From positions 320,001 to 384,000 of the forward strand of contig OY760937.1 in the NCBI GenBank assembly GCA_963664225.1: a stretch of 64,000 bases of DNA, in the 5' to 3' direction. The position numbers were made by a program, and so were the translations under genes. This document shows, one piece after another, positions 1 to 10,970 of this stretch. The first letter of the stretch is position 1. The number at the start of each line of letters is the position of its first letter. The notes under the pieces were generated by a model. It made no database searches, was not told the origin of the DNA, and saw only the letters and a program-made list of their open reading frames with translations. Source of the stretch: Verrucomicrobiia bacterium (lineage in GTDB: Bacteria; Verrucomicrobiota; Verrucomicrobiia; Limisphaerales; UBA1319).

Positions 1-242
1 ATCTCCCTCACCCTTTCCCTCTCCCTCTGCCGAGGGCGAGGGGATAAACATTTCCCGCACTGGGACCATGCGAAACCGCAGGATTCATGAACACCCACGA
101 CTTATTGGGCTTTTCAGTATTGCAGAAGAAATTTGTCGAGCATTCGAATCACTCCTCAAGCGTTTTTACCATTATACGCAGAGGTGGATTCGAGACGACC
201 TCAGAAAGGCGTCATCGGTGTAAAGGCCGGGGCCGGCACCAG

Positions 243-746
243 TTACGGGGTTGCCGGGCTTTTCAGGAATGCGGCGACCAGAGCGGCAATGATGATCAGC
301 CCAAGGGTGATGCCGACGATCATGAAAATCTTGTTAACCTTGTTGCTCTTCTTTTTGAAGACGCCATCGACCGCGGCGCTTTTGGAGCGCGGACCGGTCT
401 CCAATTCGTTGAGTTTGATGCCAGCCGGGGCAGGGGAGGCCTTGGTTTGAGCGGCGGTGGCGCCGTTCTCCAGACGCAGTTCGATCTGACCCAAACGCAG
501 GGTCTGGCCTGATTTGAGCACCTTCTCTGTGACGGGATCGCCATCTATGAAGGTGCCGTTGGTGGAATCCAGGTCTTTAATGGTTACAACAGTGCCAAGG
601 ACGGAGACCTCGCAATGGTGGCTCGAGACCGATGGCTCCGGGATTTGGAAAGCATTGTCCTCCACGCGACCGATGGTGGTTTTTCCCACCTTCAGTTCGC
701 AGGAGCGCTCTTTAAACCCTTCAGTGAGCACAACAAGTCTGGGCAT
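243..746 (-). CDS. FHA domain-containing membrane protein
   Basis: FHA motifs IGR...SSHH...DLDSTNGTF; C-terminal hydrophobic helix. Confidence 0.85.
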   Translation of the reverse strand: MPRLVVLTEGFKERSCELKVGKTTIGRVEDNAFQIPEPSVSSHHCEVSVLGTVVTIKDLDSTNGTFIDGDPVTEKVLKSGQTLRLGQIELRLENGATAAQTKASPAPAGIKLNELETGPRSKSAAVDGVFKKKSNKVNKIFMIVGITLGLIIIAALVAAFLKSPATP

Positions 747-926
747 ATCTTGGTTAAATTGAATGCATTATCTTCACTAACCGGGCCAAGTCAAACGGTT
801 TTGTAGAGATTTTTTTGTTTATTACTCCACACCCCTTAGGCCGATCAGGACGCGTGATCGACCCCCTGTGCGTTGAAACGCACGCGGGGGGTGTATTTTG
901 TGGCTTTTTCGGGGTTGAACTCCGCT

Positions 927-2093
927 TTAGTGGCTTTCGATCAGTTGCCGAAACTCATCGAAGAGCGGGGTCGAATCGTGGGGGCCGGGTGAGGCTTCCG
1001 GGTGGTATTGGACGCAGAAAATGGGTTTTTTCTTGTGGCGCATGCCTTCCACGGTCTGATCGTTGAGGTTGATGCGGTCCACGAGCACACTCGAGGGAAG
1101 GCTGGCGGGATCCACGGCGAAACCGTGGTTCTGCGAGGTGATTTCCACACGGCCGCTGGTCAGGTCCTTGACGGGCTGATTGGCGCCCCGGTGACCGAAC
1201 TTCAGTTTAAAGGTCTTGCCACCAAAGGCTTGGCCGAGAATTTGATGGCCCAGACAGATGCCAAAAATGGGAACGCCATTTTTGACCAGGTCGGCAATGG
1301 CCTGCACCGCATAACCCAACGCGGAGGGATCGCCCGGTCCGTTCGAGAGAAAAATGCCCGCAGGTTTGTATTTCAGGGCCTCTGCGGCGGTGGTGGTGGC
1401 GGGAACGACCTGGACCTTGAAGCCCTTCTGGCGCAACCGCCTAAGAATATTATACTTGATGCCGAAATCATACGCCACGATGGGGAGACTGGCTTTGGGC
1501 AGGGGCGAGCCCAAGTTTTCCGGGGTCGCGAGCTGGCTGCCCGTTGGCAGGCGAAAGCTTTTGCTATCCAAATCCTTCTGATCCCATGCGAAGGCGCTTT
1601 TGTGGGTCACCTCTTTCACGTAATCCACGCCAATGAGGCCATGCCACTTTTGCGCCATGTCGATGGCGGCTGCGTCGCTCATTTCCTCCGTGGTGATGAC
1701 GCCCTTCATGGAACCGCGCACGCGGAGTTTCTTGGTGAGTGCCCGGGTGTCGATACCTTGAATGCCGGGAATGCCGTTCTTGAGGAGGTATTCATCCAGC
1801 GACATCGTTGCGCGCCAATTACTGACCACGGGGGAGAGTTCACGCACCACAAAGCCATGCACATGAGGCTTCCAGGACTCGACGTCCTGAAGATTGATTC
1901 CGTAATTGCCGATGAGCGGATAGGTCATCGTGACGATCTGTCCCTTGTAGGAGGGATCGGTCAGGATTTCCTGATAACCGGTCATTGAAGTATTAAAGCA
2001 GACCTCGCCGCAAAAGGTGGCTTTTGCGCCGAATGCCTGCCCGTGATACACGGTGCCGTCTTCCAATGCCAGGATGGCTTTCATGTCTTTCAA
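927..2093 (-). CDS. carA: Carbamoyl-phosphate synthase small subunit
   Basis: GEVCFNTSMTGYQEILTDPSY, LSNGPGDP, FGICLGHQ, QYHPEASPGPHD. Confidence 0.98.
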   Translation of the reverse strand: MKDMKAILALEDGTVYHGQAFGAKATFCGEVCFNTSMTGYQEILTDPSYKGQIVTMTYPLIGNYGINLQDVESWKPHVHGFVVRELSPVVSNWRATMSLDEYLLKNGIPGIQGIDTRALTKKLRVRGSMKGVITTEEMSDAAAIDMAQKWHGLIGVDYVKEVTHKSAFAWDQKDLDSKSFRLPTGSQLATPENLGSPLPKASLPIVAYDFGIKYNILRRLRQKGFKVQVVPATTTAAEALKYKPAGIFLSNGPGDPSALGYAVQAIADLVKNGVPIFGICLGHQILGQAFGGKTFKLKFGHRGANQPVKDLTSGRVEITSQNHGFAVDPASLPSSVLVDRINLNDQTVEGMRHKKKPIFCVQYHPEASPGPHDSTPLFDEFRQLIESH

Positions 2094-2192
2094 TCTTGGC
2101 GAGGGATGCTAGGTTGGCAAGCCCAAGGGTCAAGAATTATCACACGGGAAGCGAAATATTGATCCTGGATTGAATTTGAGGCGGTACTGGCT

Positions 2193-2561
2193 ATGATGGC
2201 CCCGATGAAGCTTTACGGGCGGAAGTTTTGTGTGTTGCAATGCGTTCTGACGGGGATTCTGGTTGCGTGCTGGTGCGCGGGGTGCGTCACGCAGAAGGTC
2301 AACTGGGACAATCGAGTGGGGGCGTTCACCTTCGATCAGGTGGTGCTGGAAATGGGGCCGCCGGATCGATCCGCCAAGCTGCAGGACGGGGTGACGGTGG
2401 CGGAGTGGTTGACGCAGCGGGGATTCGCGCGGGGATCCGTGCAGAATACTTCCGGGATGTGGGTGGAGCACTATTATGAGCCGCCGATGCCGGATTTTTA
2501 TTTGCGCCTGACATTTGGACCCGATGGAAAATTGCAGGCGTGGAAACGCATTGCAAAATGA
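2193..2561 (+). CDS. Hypothetical lipoprotein
   Basis: Hydrophobic N-terminus ending in a lipobox-like CAGC; fills the gap between neighbouring genes. Confidence 0.65.
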   Translation: MMAPMKLYGRKFCVLQCVLTGILVACWCAGCVTQKVNWDNRVGAFTFDQVVLEMGPPDRSAKLQDGVTVAEWLTQRGFARGSVQNTSGMWVEHYYEPPMPDFYLRLTFGPDGKLQAWKRIAK

Positions 2562-2602
2562 GGTGGCGCTCCTTATAGGTGGGTTGTGAGCAAAGTGAAG
2601 GC

Positions 2603-2926
2603 ATGAGTGCGGATACCGGAATTTGGGAAAAGCTGACCAAGGTGTTTGTGATCCTGGTGCTGGCGGCCGCTTTTTTGGCGGTGGTGGTCAGCTATGGCCC
2701 GCTGATTCAGCAGAATCAACGCGTGCGCGAGGAGAACGGGCGGCTGGACCGGGAGATTGAGAAAGAGGAGGCCACGGGACGGCAGTTGAAGGCGAACATC
2801 AACGCGCTGCAAAAGGATCCCAGAACGGTGGAGCGCATGGTGCGTGAGAAGCTGGGTTATGCAAAGCCGGGTGAAACGGTGATCCGGTTCGAAGGCACGA
2901 ACACGGCTCCAACGCCCATTCGCTGA
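2603..2926 (+). CDS. Septum formation initiator (FtsB/DivIC family)
   Basis: TM helix, coiled coil and VERMVREKLGYAKPGETV motif; ATG at 2603. Confidence 0.85.
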   Translation: MSADTGIWEKLTKVFVILVLAAAFLAVVVSYGPLIQQNQRVREENGRLDREIEKEEATGRQLKANINALQKDPRTVERMVREKLGYAKPGETVIRFEGTNTAPTPIR

Positions 2927-3061
2927 TTTAGATGATCACGGTGATCGCGTTGATCTAGGCGATCGATCCGATTTGTTTCTGACCAGGGCCTTCCCCGGGT
3001 TCTCATTTTCAATGGCGCCTAATGGGAATGGGGCGAAGCGTATTTTCTTCGGAACCAGCGT

Positions 3062-4141
3062 GTGCATTTAGCGAATTTAAGATTACGGGATTTTCGGAAT
3101 TACCAGAAGTTGGACGCGGAATTTACGCCGGGTTTTCATCTGTTTTTGGGCCATAACGCGCAGGGAAAAACCAATTTGCTGGAGGCCGTGTATTTGCTGG
3201 CCACACTACGATCCTTCCGCGGGGTGGGCGGGGCGCAGTTGGTGCGTCATGATGCGGCGGGTTATTTTGTGGGCGCGCGGGTGGTCGGGCGGCAGACGAG
3301 CGAGATCAAAGTCTATTGGTCGTCCAAAAAACGTTCGGTGGCGGTCGATCAGCAACCGGTGCGACGACTGGTGGATTACCTGGGGCTTCTGCGGGCGGTG
3401 GTGTTTTGCACGGAGGACATGCAGTTGGTCAAGGGCACCAGCCGTGTGCGGCGAAGATTCCTGGATCTCCTGCTTTCGCAGACGCATGCGGCCTATTTGC
3501 CCGCGTTGCAGCGTTACATGCACGCGCTGCGTTCTCGCAACGCCCTTTTAAAGAATCCCCATGCCGATCCCAAAACACTGGAGAGTTTCACCGCCATGCT
3601 TGTCGAGGCCGGAACACCTCTGTGGCGGATGCGCACGGAATTCATTCCCCGTTTCGAGCCATTGGTGCGGGAGGCGTGCGGGAAAATCGCCATCGATGCG
3701 GACGAAGTCCGACTCAGCTATCGCCCGGGAGTGAAACAGGACTTCACGGTGGAACTGGCGCAGGCAAGGTCCCGCGAGGCGGTATATCGGTCCACGTTGA
3801 TTGGTCCGCACCGGGACGATCTGGATTTGCTGCTCAATGGGCGCGATGCCGCGCAGTTCGCCAGCGAAGGCCAGAAACGCACCTTCGCCATTGCCCTGAA
3901 AATGGCCCAGGCCCAGTATTTCACGACCGTGCATGGACAGCCCCCGGTGCTGCTGATTGACGATGTGATGGGGGAGTTGGACGCGCGGCGACGCGGCGGT
4001 CTGCTGCCGTTGCTCGAGCGGGCGCACCAGGCTCAGGGCCAGGTTTTCATGACCTGCACGGAGGAAAATTGGCCGCGTGAGTTGGGTCGCGACCTGATCC
4101 GGTGGTCGGTCGATAATGGGCATTTACAGCGAGCCCCATAG
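3062..4141 (+). CDS. recF: DNA replication/repair protein RecF
   Basis: FRNY, GHNAQGKTNLLEA, GPHRDDL, SEGQKRT, LLIDDVMGELD. Confidence 0.97.
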   Translation: MHLANLRLRDFRNYQKLDAEFTPGFHLFLGHNAQGKTNLLEAVYLLATLRSFRGVGGAQLVRHDAAGYFVGARVVGRQTSEIKVYWSSKKRSVAVDQQPVRRLVDYLGLLRAVVFCTEDMQLVKGTSRVRRRFLDLLLSQTHAAYLPALQRYMHALRSRNALLKNPHADPKTLESFTAMLVEAGTPLWRMRTEFIPRFEPLVREACGKIAIDADEVRLSYRPGVKQDFTVELAQARSREAVYRSTLIGPHRDDLDLLLNGRDAAQFASEGQKRTFAIALKMAQAQYFTTVHGQPPVLLIDDVMGELDARRRGGLLPLLERAHQAQGQVFMTCTEENWPRELGRDLIRWSVDNGHLQRAP

Positions 4142-4164
4142 TTCGCGCGCCACCAAAGGCGAAC

Positions 4165-6249
4165 TCAGCGGGAGTCTCCCACGATGTTCAGATTGCGCCG
4201 GGCTTCAGCGTTGCCAGGGTCCAGAACCAAAATCCTGTTATAAATGCGGACGGCAGGCTGATGGCGATCCAATTGCTCCAAAGTGCGGGCGACATTCAGG
4301 AGGGACGGCACGGAATCCGGGGCCAGTTCGGCCGCCTTTTGATAATAGACCAGGGCCTGCTTGAATTGCCGGTGTTTGGTGAGCAAGGCTCCCAAACTGT
4401 TGAGAGCTTCGGGAAATTCCGGACATAGCTCCAACGCGGTGCGCAACTCGAACAGCGCCTCCTCATAGCTGTCATTGGCGGCGAGTAACATGCCCAGGTT
4501 GCAATGGGCCTGTGGATGTTCGGGCGCCAACCGCATCGTTTCGCACCACTGCGCCATGGCATTGGTTGCATTATCCGAGTATTGCAGCAGTCGGGCATAA
4601 GCGGCGCGGAGGTTCCAATCCTCAGGGGAATGTTCCACAGCCTGGCGGTAAGTTTCGGCGGATTTCTTCAGTGCATAGGTTTTTATCTGTGGCTTTAAAT
4701 CATTCAGCTCAGCCTGCCAGTGCGCGATGGTGCGCTTCCAATCGGATTGTTCTGTGAATGGGGGGCGTTTCATGCGTTCGCACATGACTTCCGCATTTTG
4801 GTAACGGTCAAAGGAAGTGTAAGCCATGCGCCGGGAGCATTCCTCCTGGCTCAACCACGGCAGGGCGGGTTCGGCCAGCGCTTGAAGCCGGGGAGGCAGG
4901 CTGGTCTCAATGTTTGTGGCCATGGCCATGGCGAGAACGTAATTGCCGTCAAACGTGAAATGGACATGGTCATAGAGCAGTTCCCAACCGGACAAGCCAT
5001 TTGGGCTGGCTTGGGCCACAGCGGCCTCGGTATCCACCCAGCGAAGATTTTTTGAGGCAAAAGATTCGGCCATTTCGCGGTAAATGGAGTGGATCTGGTG
5101 GTCTGGTCGGAACCGCAGGGCGTCCAGGTCCCGGGCGCGTTCCAGGTAAGCGCGCGCCTGATCCAAGCGACCTTGGTTTAAATGGATCGTCCCCTGACGA
5201 TAGGCCAGGTCGGCATACTTCGGATCGATGGCTTCCGCTTTTTTATAAAATTCCAATGCCTGCGCTTCATTGGTCGTACCTGCCGCAACGGCCTGGTCAA
5301 ACCATCGAGTCCACTGGGCCAGATCGTCCGCACTTAATCGGGGATCGTGTAGCGATGCGAAAGGGGCGCAATTTCGGATGTTATTGGCTGGTGGACATAG
5401 CAGGACAGTAGTCCCGGAAGTGATGCCTAATTGCACGATGTCCTGCAAATTGCCACGAAAATTGCTGTAAACCCGCGTCATGCGCGGATCGTCGGCGCTC
5501 ACCAGATTATGGATGAACATTTCCATGCCATGCCAGGATTCTTGCGCGCTGGAGCCGTGAGGCAGCGCCGCGGTCAGTCGTTCAGCGCATTGACCCAGGC
5601 GGGTTTGTTTCAAGGCGAGTTGCGCGCGGATGAGCCAGAGGGGTGGAACGGTGGTCTTGTTGAAAACGGTGCCTGCGCCGTAGGGTCCCACCACTTCGTT
5701 ATTGCCCATGTAAACGATCCAGAAATCGCCTTCTTTGGAGGCGCAATCTTTGGCGATGGCCCGCACCGTGTGGGAATTGATGGCCGTGACTCCCGTATTG
5801 ACCACTTCGACCTTCAGCCGGGGATGGCGCTCCCTGAGCAACACTTCCAGAATTCGCGCAAATCCAAAGCAGGGATCGGGATCGCCCATGGCGGCGGATT
5901 CACCCATGACGAAGAGGCGAAGAGTATTTGTGGTTTTAACGGCATCGAATTGAAGCGGCGCGGGATGACGAACCATCGATGGGGAGAAAAAAAGATGACC
6001 GAAACGCTGGTTATCCACAAAGACCGCGCGACGATCGACCTTGCTTTTCAGGAAAAACGAAGGATTAAAACCGACACCCAACAACCGCAAAGACAGCTCC
6101 GCAAACGCTAGAAGGAAGCAGGGAACCAGAATGGCAGCCGCAAATTTAAACCACCATGGGCGGCGGGGTAAGGGAAGGGAAACCGTCTTCTCAGCAGGAA
6201 CAGTGGCTGCCGACGTCTGGCCAGGCGGATTTTTGTGGTGCTTTTTCAA
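4165..6249 (-). CDS. Membrane-anchored SGNH-hydrolase-like protein with TPR repeats
   Basis: GESAAMG, YMGNNE and DHVH blocks; C-terminal TPR repeats; TTG start uncertain. Confidence 0.75.
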   Translation of the reverse strand: MKKHHKNPPGQTSAATVPAEKTVSLPLPRRPWWFKFAAAILVPCFLLAFAELSLRLLGVGFNPSFFLKSKVDRRAVFVDNQRFGHLFFSPSMVRHPAPLQFDAVKTTNTLRLFVMGESAAMGDPDPCFGFARILEVLLRERHPRLKVEVVNTGVTAINSHTVRAIAKDCASKEGDFWIVYMGNNEVVGPYGAGTVFNKTTVPPLWLIRAQLALKQTRLGQCAERLTAALPHGSSAQESWHGMEMFIHNLVSADDPRMTRVYSNFRGNLQDIVQLGITSGTTVLLCPPANNIRNCAPFASLHDPRLSADDLAQWTRWFDQAVAAGTTNEAQALEFYKKAEAIDPKYADLAYRQGTIHLNQGRLDQARAYLERARDLDALRFRPDHQIHSIYREMAESFASKNLRWVDTEAAVAQASPNGLSGWELLYDHVHFTFDGNYVLAMAMATNIETSLPPRLQALAEPALPWLSQEECSRRMAYTSFDRYQNAEVMCERMKRPPFTEQSDWKRTIAHWQAELNDLKPQIKTYALKKSAETYRQAVEHSPEDWNLRAAYARLLQYSDNATNAMAQWCETMRLAPEHPQAHCNLGMLLAANDSYEEALFELRTALELCPEFPEALNSLGALLTKHRQFKQALVYYQKAAELAPDSVPSLLNVARTLEQLDRHQPAVRIYNRILVLDPGNAEARRNLNIVGDSR

Positions 6250-6308
6250 TCAGATATTTTTGTGGATGGGGGTCGGCAGACTGATTGGAATATTGTGGTT
6301 TGTTCAAT

Positions 6309-7235
6309 TCATGGGGGTGTGGGGGCCAATGGGCCATTGCCGCTGTTTTGCAGGGCGGCGGCTTGTTCACGGGCCGCTGCCAGTGACTTGGTGGCCTGTT
6401 GGAAATCCGGTTGAAGGCGCAACACTTGTTCGTATTCGCGTATGGCCGCCAGCGGATTGCGCTCACGCATCAGCGAGTTGCCCAGGTTATAATGCGCGGC
6501 GGCATAGTCGGGCGAAGCCTTCACCGCTTTTTCGAACGATTCCCTGGCTTGATCGAATTGCCCCTGGCGCGCCAGCACCGTGCCCAAATTGTTAAAGGCG
6601 GAGGCGTAATCCGGGTTGATTTTAAGGGCGGTTTGGAAGTGTTCGATGGCGTCCGTGAGCTTGCCCTGTTTGGCCAGTAAATTGCCCAGGTTATTATGAA
6701 CCTCAGCGTAATTGGGCATCAACCTCAAGGCTTCCTCATACTCCTGAACGGCTTCATCCTCCCGGCCTTGCCGAGCGAGGGAAAGGGCCAGGCCGAAGTG
6801 GGCGTCCTCATTGGATGGATTGCTTTCCAATGCCTTCCGATATTGCGTGGCCGCCTCTTCGAATTGGCCTGAATCCAGGGCTTTTCTGGCGTTTATTTGA
6901 AGTTCGTGGAGATCGGAGGGGTTGACGGAGTTGACGCTGTTAGGATTGGATTGGGAATCTGTGAGGGTTTGGTCGGCAGCGCGGGCATTGCCGGGCGCGC
7001 GCACAGACTGGGAGTTTCTTTCCCAAGTGAGAATTGCGCCGCCCACAACCAATGCGAGCGCCGTCACAAGTGCCAGCAGCGCATATCTTTTCCACGCGGA
7101 CCAGTGGGACCAAAAAGCATAAGGACTTTTGGCGATGGAGCGCCCGCCGGGATTCCGGCCATTCTCATTTCCACCCACGTAACGGGGTCGGCCCGATTTC
7201 AGGGGGCCACGGTATGATGGCTTAGATTTGGGCAT
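6309..7235 (-). CDS. Membrane-anchored TPR protein
   Basis: TM helix followed by about five TPR repeats (HNNLGNLLA, FNNLGTVLA, HYNLGNSL). Confidence 0.9.
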   Translation of the reverse strand: MPKSKPSYRGPLKSGRPRYVGGNENGRNPGGRSIAKSPYAFWSHWSAWKRYALLALVTALALVVGGAILTWERNSQSVRAPGNARAADQTLTDSQSNPNSVNSVNPSDLHELQINARKALDSGQFEEAATQYRKALESNPSNEDAHFGLALSLARQGREDEAVQEYEEALRLMPNYAEVHNNLGNLLAKQGKLTDAIEHFQTALKINPDYASAFNNLGTVLARQGQFDQARESFEKAVKASPDYAAAHYNLGNSLMRERNPLAAIREYEQVLRLQPDFQQATKSLAAAREQAAALQNSGNGPLAPTPP

Positions 7236-7429
7236 AACGTTGCCAACGCACGACTTACAAGCCTTTAGTCTGCTGATAGGTTTGAGCCAAAAAGGTTTGA
7301 GACAAACTGCATGTGCCTGTGAATCTGGTCAACTATGATTTTTTCTTATTCCGCTGCTTGACCCCTGGCGAGGTATTCAGGCAATATTTATTGAATTTAT
7401 AAAAATCGTTGAATCAAGAAAGGCAATCA

Positions 7430-7963
7430 ATGCACCCCAATGTTGCATATAGAAAACGCAAGCCGGAGCCTGCGGCGCCACCCAGCAATGGGGCCGATAA
7501 ACGTTACAAGATTCTGGAAACGGCCATGAAGCGGCATCAGCACAAGGCCGATGCATTGATCGAAATTCTTCATACGGCGCAGGAACTTTTCGGCTATCTC
7601 GATAACGCCCTGCTCGTGCATGTCGCCCAACGCTTGAAGCTGCCTTTGAGCCGCGTCTATGGAGTGTCCACTTTTTACCATTTCTTCAAACTCAAGCCCA
7701 ACGGCAAACACACCTGCGTGGTGTGCATGGGGACGGCCTGTTACGTCAAGGGCGCCAACAATCTGCTGTCCGCCATCGAGGGCTTTGCAAAAATCAAATC
7801 GGGTGAGACCACGCCGGACAACGAGCTGTCATTATTGACGGCCCGATGCATCGGCGCCTGCGGTATTGCCCCCGCAGTGGTTTGCGACAATGTCGTCATG
7901 GCACGTCAAACGCCTGAGACAGTGCTCGGTCAGGTGAAAGGATGGATGCAACATGGTTCTTAA
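7430..7963 (+). CDS. hoxE: Bidirectional hydrogenase diaphorase subunit HoxE
   Basis: NuoE-like [27 protein letters not shown]; first gene of the hox operon. Confidence 0.93.
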   Translation: MHPNVAYRKRKPEPAAPPSNGADKRYKILETAMKRHQHKADALIEILHTAQELFGYLDNALLVHVAQRLKLPLSRVYGVSTFYHFFKLKPNGKHTCVVCMGTACYVKGANNLLSAIEGFAKIKSGETTPDNELSLLTARCIGACGIAPAVVCDNVVMARQTPETVLGQVKGWMQHGS

Positions 7964-9587
7964 TGATTTATTGGAAATAGCCGAGAAGGAACGCAAGGCT
8001 CGCAAGCCTGTGGTCATCAACTGCTGCGTTGCGGCCGGTTGCGCCTCTTCGGGATCCCAGGCCGTCAAAGAGGGTCTGGAAAAGGCGGTTAAAGACGGCA
8101 AATTGGAGGACAAGGTCGAGATTCGTGGAGTGGGTTGCATGCGGCTCTGTTGTCAGGGGCCCCTGGTTGAAATCTCGCCCAAAGGTGAACTGTTCCAGAA
8201 GGTCACCCCCCAGCAGGCCACTTCGGTCGTCGGCACGCTCAATGGTGGAAAAACCGATGCGATGAAGGGCAACCTCCAGCATCCGTTCTTTACCAAGCAG
8301 ATGTCCATTGTGCTGGAGAACAGCGGCCGGATCGATCCTGAGCGGATTGAGGCCTATATCGCCGAGGAGGGTTATCAAGCCCTTCACCATGCCCTTTTTG
8401 AGATGAAGCCCAACGACGTGGTGGATACCATGATCAAGAGCGGGCTGCGGGGGCGGGGCGGCGCGGGTTATCCCACCGGTTTGAAGTGGGCGACGGTTGC
8501 GAAAACCCAAAACGAGCGCAAATACGTGGTTTGCAACGCGGACGAGGGAGATCCCGGAGCGTTCATGGACCGCAGTGTTCTCGAGAGCGATCCGCATCGT
8601 GTGCTCGAGGGCATGGCCATCGCCGCTTACGCGGTCGGGGCTTCCCAGGGCTATATCTATGTGCGCGCGGAGTATCCGCTGGCGATCACGCGGTTGCAAA
8701 CGGCAATCCGGCAGGCCAAGCAGATGGGTTTGCTGGGCATGGGCATTTTCGAATCTCCATTCAATTTCAATATCGACATTCGCATTGGCGCGGGCGCGTT
8801 CGTTTGCGGCGAGGAAACCGCACTGATGGCTTCAGTCGAGGGCAAGCGCGGGACGCCGCGGCCCCGTCCTCCATTCCCGGCCGAGAGCGGTCTTTGGGGT
8901 TTCCCCACCTTGATCAACAACGTGGAGACCTTTGCCAACATCGGTCCCATCGTTCGCAAGGGGGCGGAATGGTTTGCCTCCATTGGCACCGAAAAGAGCA
9001 AGGGGACCAAGGTGTTCGCCCTGGCGGGCAAGATTGAAAACACCGGCCTGATCGAAGTGCCCATGGGCACGACGCTGCGGCAGATCGTCGAGGAAATGGG
9101 CGGCGGCGATGAAAATGTGAAGGCCGTGCAGACGGGCGGTCCCTCCGGCGGTTGCATTCCGGCGGCGGCGCTGGATACCCCGGTCGATTACGATTCCCTG
9201 ATGAAAGTGGGATCGATCATGGGTTCGGGCGGCATGATCGTCATGGACCAGGAGACGAACATGGTGGACGTGGCCAAGTTCTTCATGGAATTTTGCAAGG
9301 ACGAGTCCTGCGGCAAATGCATTCCCTGCCGCACGGGCACGGTGCAAATGCACCATCTGCTCGAGAAAATTCTGGGGCGCAAAGCCACACAGAAGGACAT
9401 CGACAAGCTCGAAGAGTTGTGCGATGTGGTCAAAAACACCAGCCTCTGCGGCCTGGGCCAGACGGCCCCCAATCCTGTCTTGAGCACCTTGCGCTTTTTC
9501 CGGCATGAATATCTGGAGTTGCTGCGCGCTTCAGTGGATGAGGCTCCCGCAAAACCCAATCCACCCGCCAATCCCGTAACGGCCTAA
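7953..9587 (+). CDS. hoxF: Bidirectional hydrogenase diaphorase subunit HoxF
   Basis: [47 protein letters not shown]. Confidence 0.95.
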   Translation: MVLNDLLEIAEKERKARKPVVINCCVAAGCASSGSQAVKEGLEKAVKDGKLEDKVEIRGVGCMRLCCQGPLVEISPKGELFQKVTPQQATSVVGTLNGGKTDAMKGNLQHPFFTKQMSIVLENSGRIDPERIEAYIAEEGYQALHHALFEMKPNDVVDTMIKSGLRGRGGAGYPTGLKWATVAKTQNERKYVVCNADEGDPGAFMDRSVLESDPHRVLEGMAIAAYAVGASQGYIYVRAEYPLAITRLQTAIRQAKQMGLLGMGIFESPFNFNIDIRIGAGAFVCGEETALMASVEGKRGTPRPRPPFPAESGLWGFPTLINNVETFANIGPIVRKGAEWFASIGTEKSKGTKVFALAGKIENTGLIEVPMGTTLRQIVEEMGGGDENVKAVQTGGPSGGCIPAAALDTPVDYDSLMKVGSIMGSGGMIVMDQETNMVDVAKFFMEFCKDESCGKCIPCRTGTVQMHHLLEKILGRKATQKDIDKLEELCDVVKNTSLCGLGQTAPNPVLSTLRFFRHEYLELLRASVDEAPAKPNPPANPVTA

Positions 9588-9628
9588 ACAGAGACACCAG
9601 CGACCCCTGCGACTAGAAGGCATATCAC

Positions 9629-10345
9629 ATGGCTGTAAAAACTTTAACGATTGACGGACAACAAGTCAGCGCCTCGGACGACCAAACGGTGCTTCAGGCG
9701 GCAACGGACGCGGGCATCAACATTCCCACGCTCTGCCATTTGGACGGATTGTCGGACATTGGCGCCTGCCGTTTGTGTCTGGTGGAGGTGGTGGGCCTGA
9801 ACCGTCTGCTGCCGGCGTGCGTTTTGAAGGTGGCCGAGGGCATGGAGGTAAAAACCCAGACCGACCGCCTCAAGAAATACCGCAGACAGATTCTGGAACT
9901 GCTCTTTGCTGAGCGAAATCACGTCTGCTCGGTCTGCGTGTCCAACTGCCATTGCGAACTGCAGGACATGGCCATTAACCTGGGCATGGATCATGTGCGT
10001 TACGATTACCAGTTCAACGCCTTTGAAATGGACATCACGCACCGGTTGTTTGGTCTGGACCACAACCGCTGCATCCTGTGCGCCCGCTGTGTGCGTGTGT
10101 GCAGTGAGGTCGAGGGAGCCCATACCTGGGACATCTCGGGCCGCGGCGCCAATGCGCGGGTCATTACCGATTTACAGCAGCCCTGGGGCGAGGCTGAGAG
10201 TTGCACTTCCTGCGGCAAGTGCGTTCAAGGGTGCCCAACCGGCGCATTATTCATGCAGGGCGCCACTGTCGGAGAAATGGAGCGCGACCGCACGCGCCTG
10301 GAATTTATCGTAACCGCACGGGAGAAGAAACAATGGATCGTTTAA
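9629..10345 (+). CDS. hoxU: Bidirectional hydrogenase Fe-S subunit HoxU
   Basis: [40 protein letters not shown]. Confidence 0.95.
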   Translation: MAVKTLTIDGQQVSASDDQTVLQAATDAGINIPTLCHLDGLSDIGACRLCLVEVVGLNRLLPACVLKVAEGMEVKTQTDRLKKYRRQILELLFAERNHVCSVCVSNCHCELQDMAINLGMDHVRYDYQFNAFEMDITHRLFGLDHNRCILCARCVRVCSEVEGAHTWDISGRGANARVITDLQQPWGEAESCTSCGKCVQGCPTGALFMQGATVGEMERDRTRLEFIVTAREKKQWIV

Positions 10346-10875
10346 GAATCGCCACAGCGTGGCTCGGCGGCTGTTCGGGCTGCCACATGTCTTTTTTGGA
10401 CCTCGACGAATGGCTCGTGGATCTGGCTGGCAAGGTCCAGTTGGTCTATAGCCCGATCATGGACATCAAGGTCTATCCGGAGAATGTCGATGTGGCGCTG
10501 GTCGAGGGAGCCATTGCCAACGAGGATCACATGGAGATGATCCATCGCATTCGCCGCAACACCAAGGTGCTCGTTTCCTTTGGCGATTGCGCCGTGACCG
10601 GCAATGTGACCGCCATGCGCAACGGTTTGGGCACGCCCGAATCCTGCCTGCAAAGGGCTTATCTGGAAGGGGCCGACATAGCGGCCCAGATACCCCAGGA
10701 AGCGGGGATTGTGCCGGTGCTTCTGGACCAGGTGCGTCCCATCCATGAAGTGGTGCCGGTGGATCTTTACCTGCCCGGTTGTCCGCCTCCCGCGGACCGG
10801 ATTCGTAAAATATTCGAGCAGTTGCTTGCCGGGGGGGAGATTGGGTTGACCGGCAGGGATATCAAATTCGGTTAA
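10333..10875 (+). CDS. hoxY: [NiFe]-hydrogenase small subunit HoxY
   Basis: ATG at 10333 ([20 protein letters not shown]), [15 protein letters not shown]. Confidence 0.95.
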   Translation: MDRLRIATAWLGGCSGCHMSFLDLDEWLVDLAGKVQLVYSPIMDIKVYPENVDVALVEGAIANEDHMEMIHRIRRNTKVLVSFGDCAVTGNVTAMRNGLGTPESCLQRAYLEGADIAAQIPQEAGIVPVLLDQVRPIHEVVPVDLYLPGCPPPADRIRKIFEQLLAGGEIGLTGRDIKFG

Positions 10876-10970
10876 GACGTTATTATTGATTTTCTGGCGG
10901 CCTGTTTTCCGTGGGGATTTGACGTCGCGGATTTTAGAAACAGGGCTGGAGCAAGTATCAGGTAAAATTT

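Noticed and set aside
6011..6019. Perfect DnaA box TTATCCACA
   Set aside because: Single copy inside a coding region; most likely chance.
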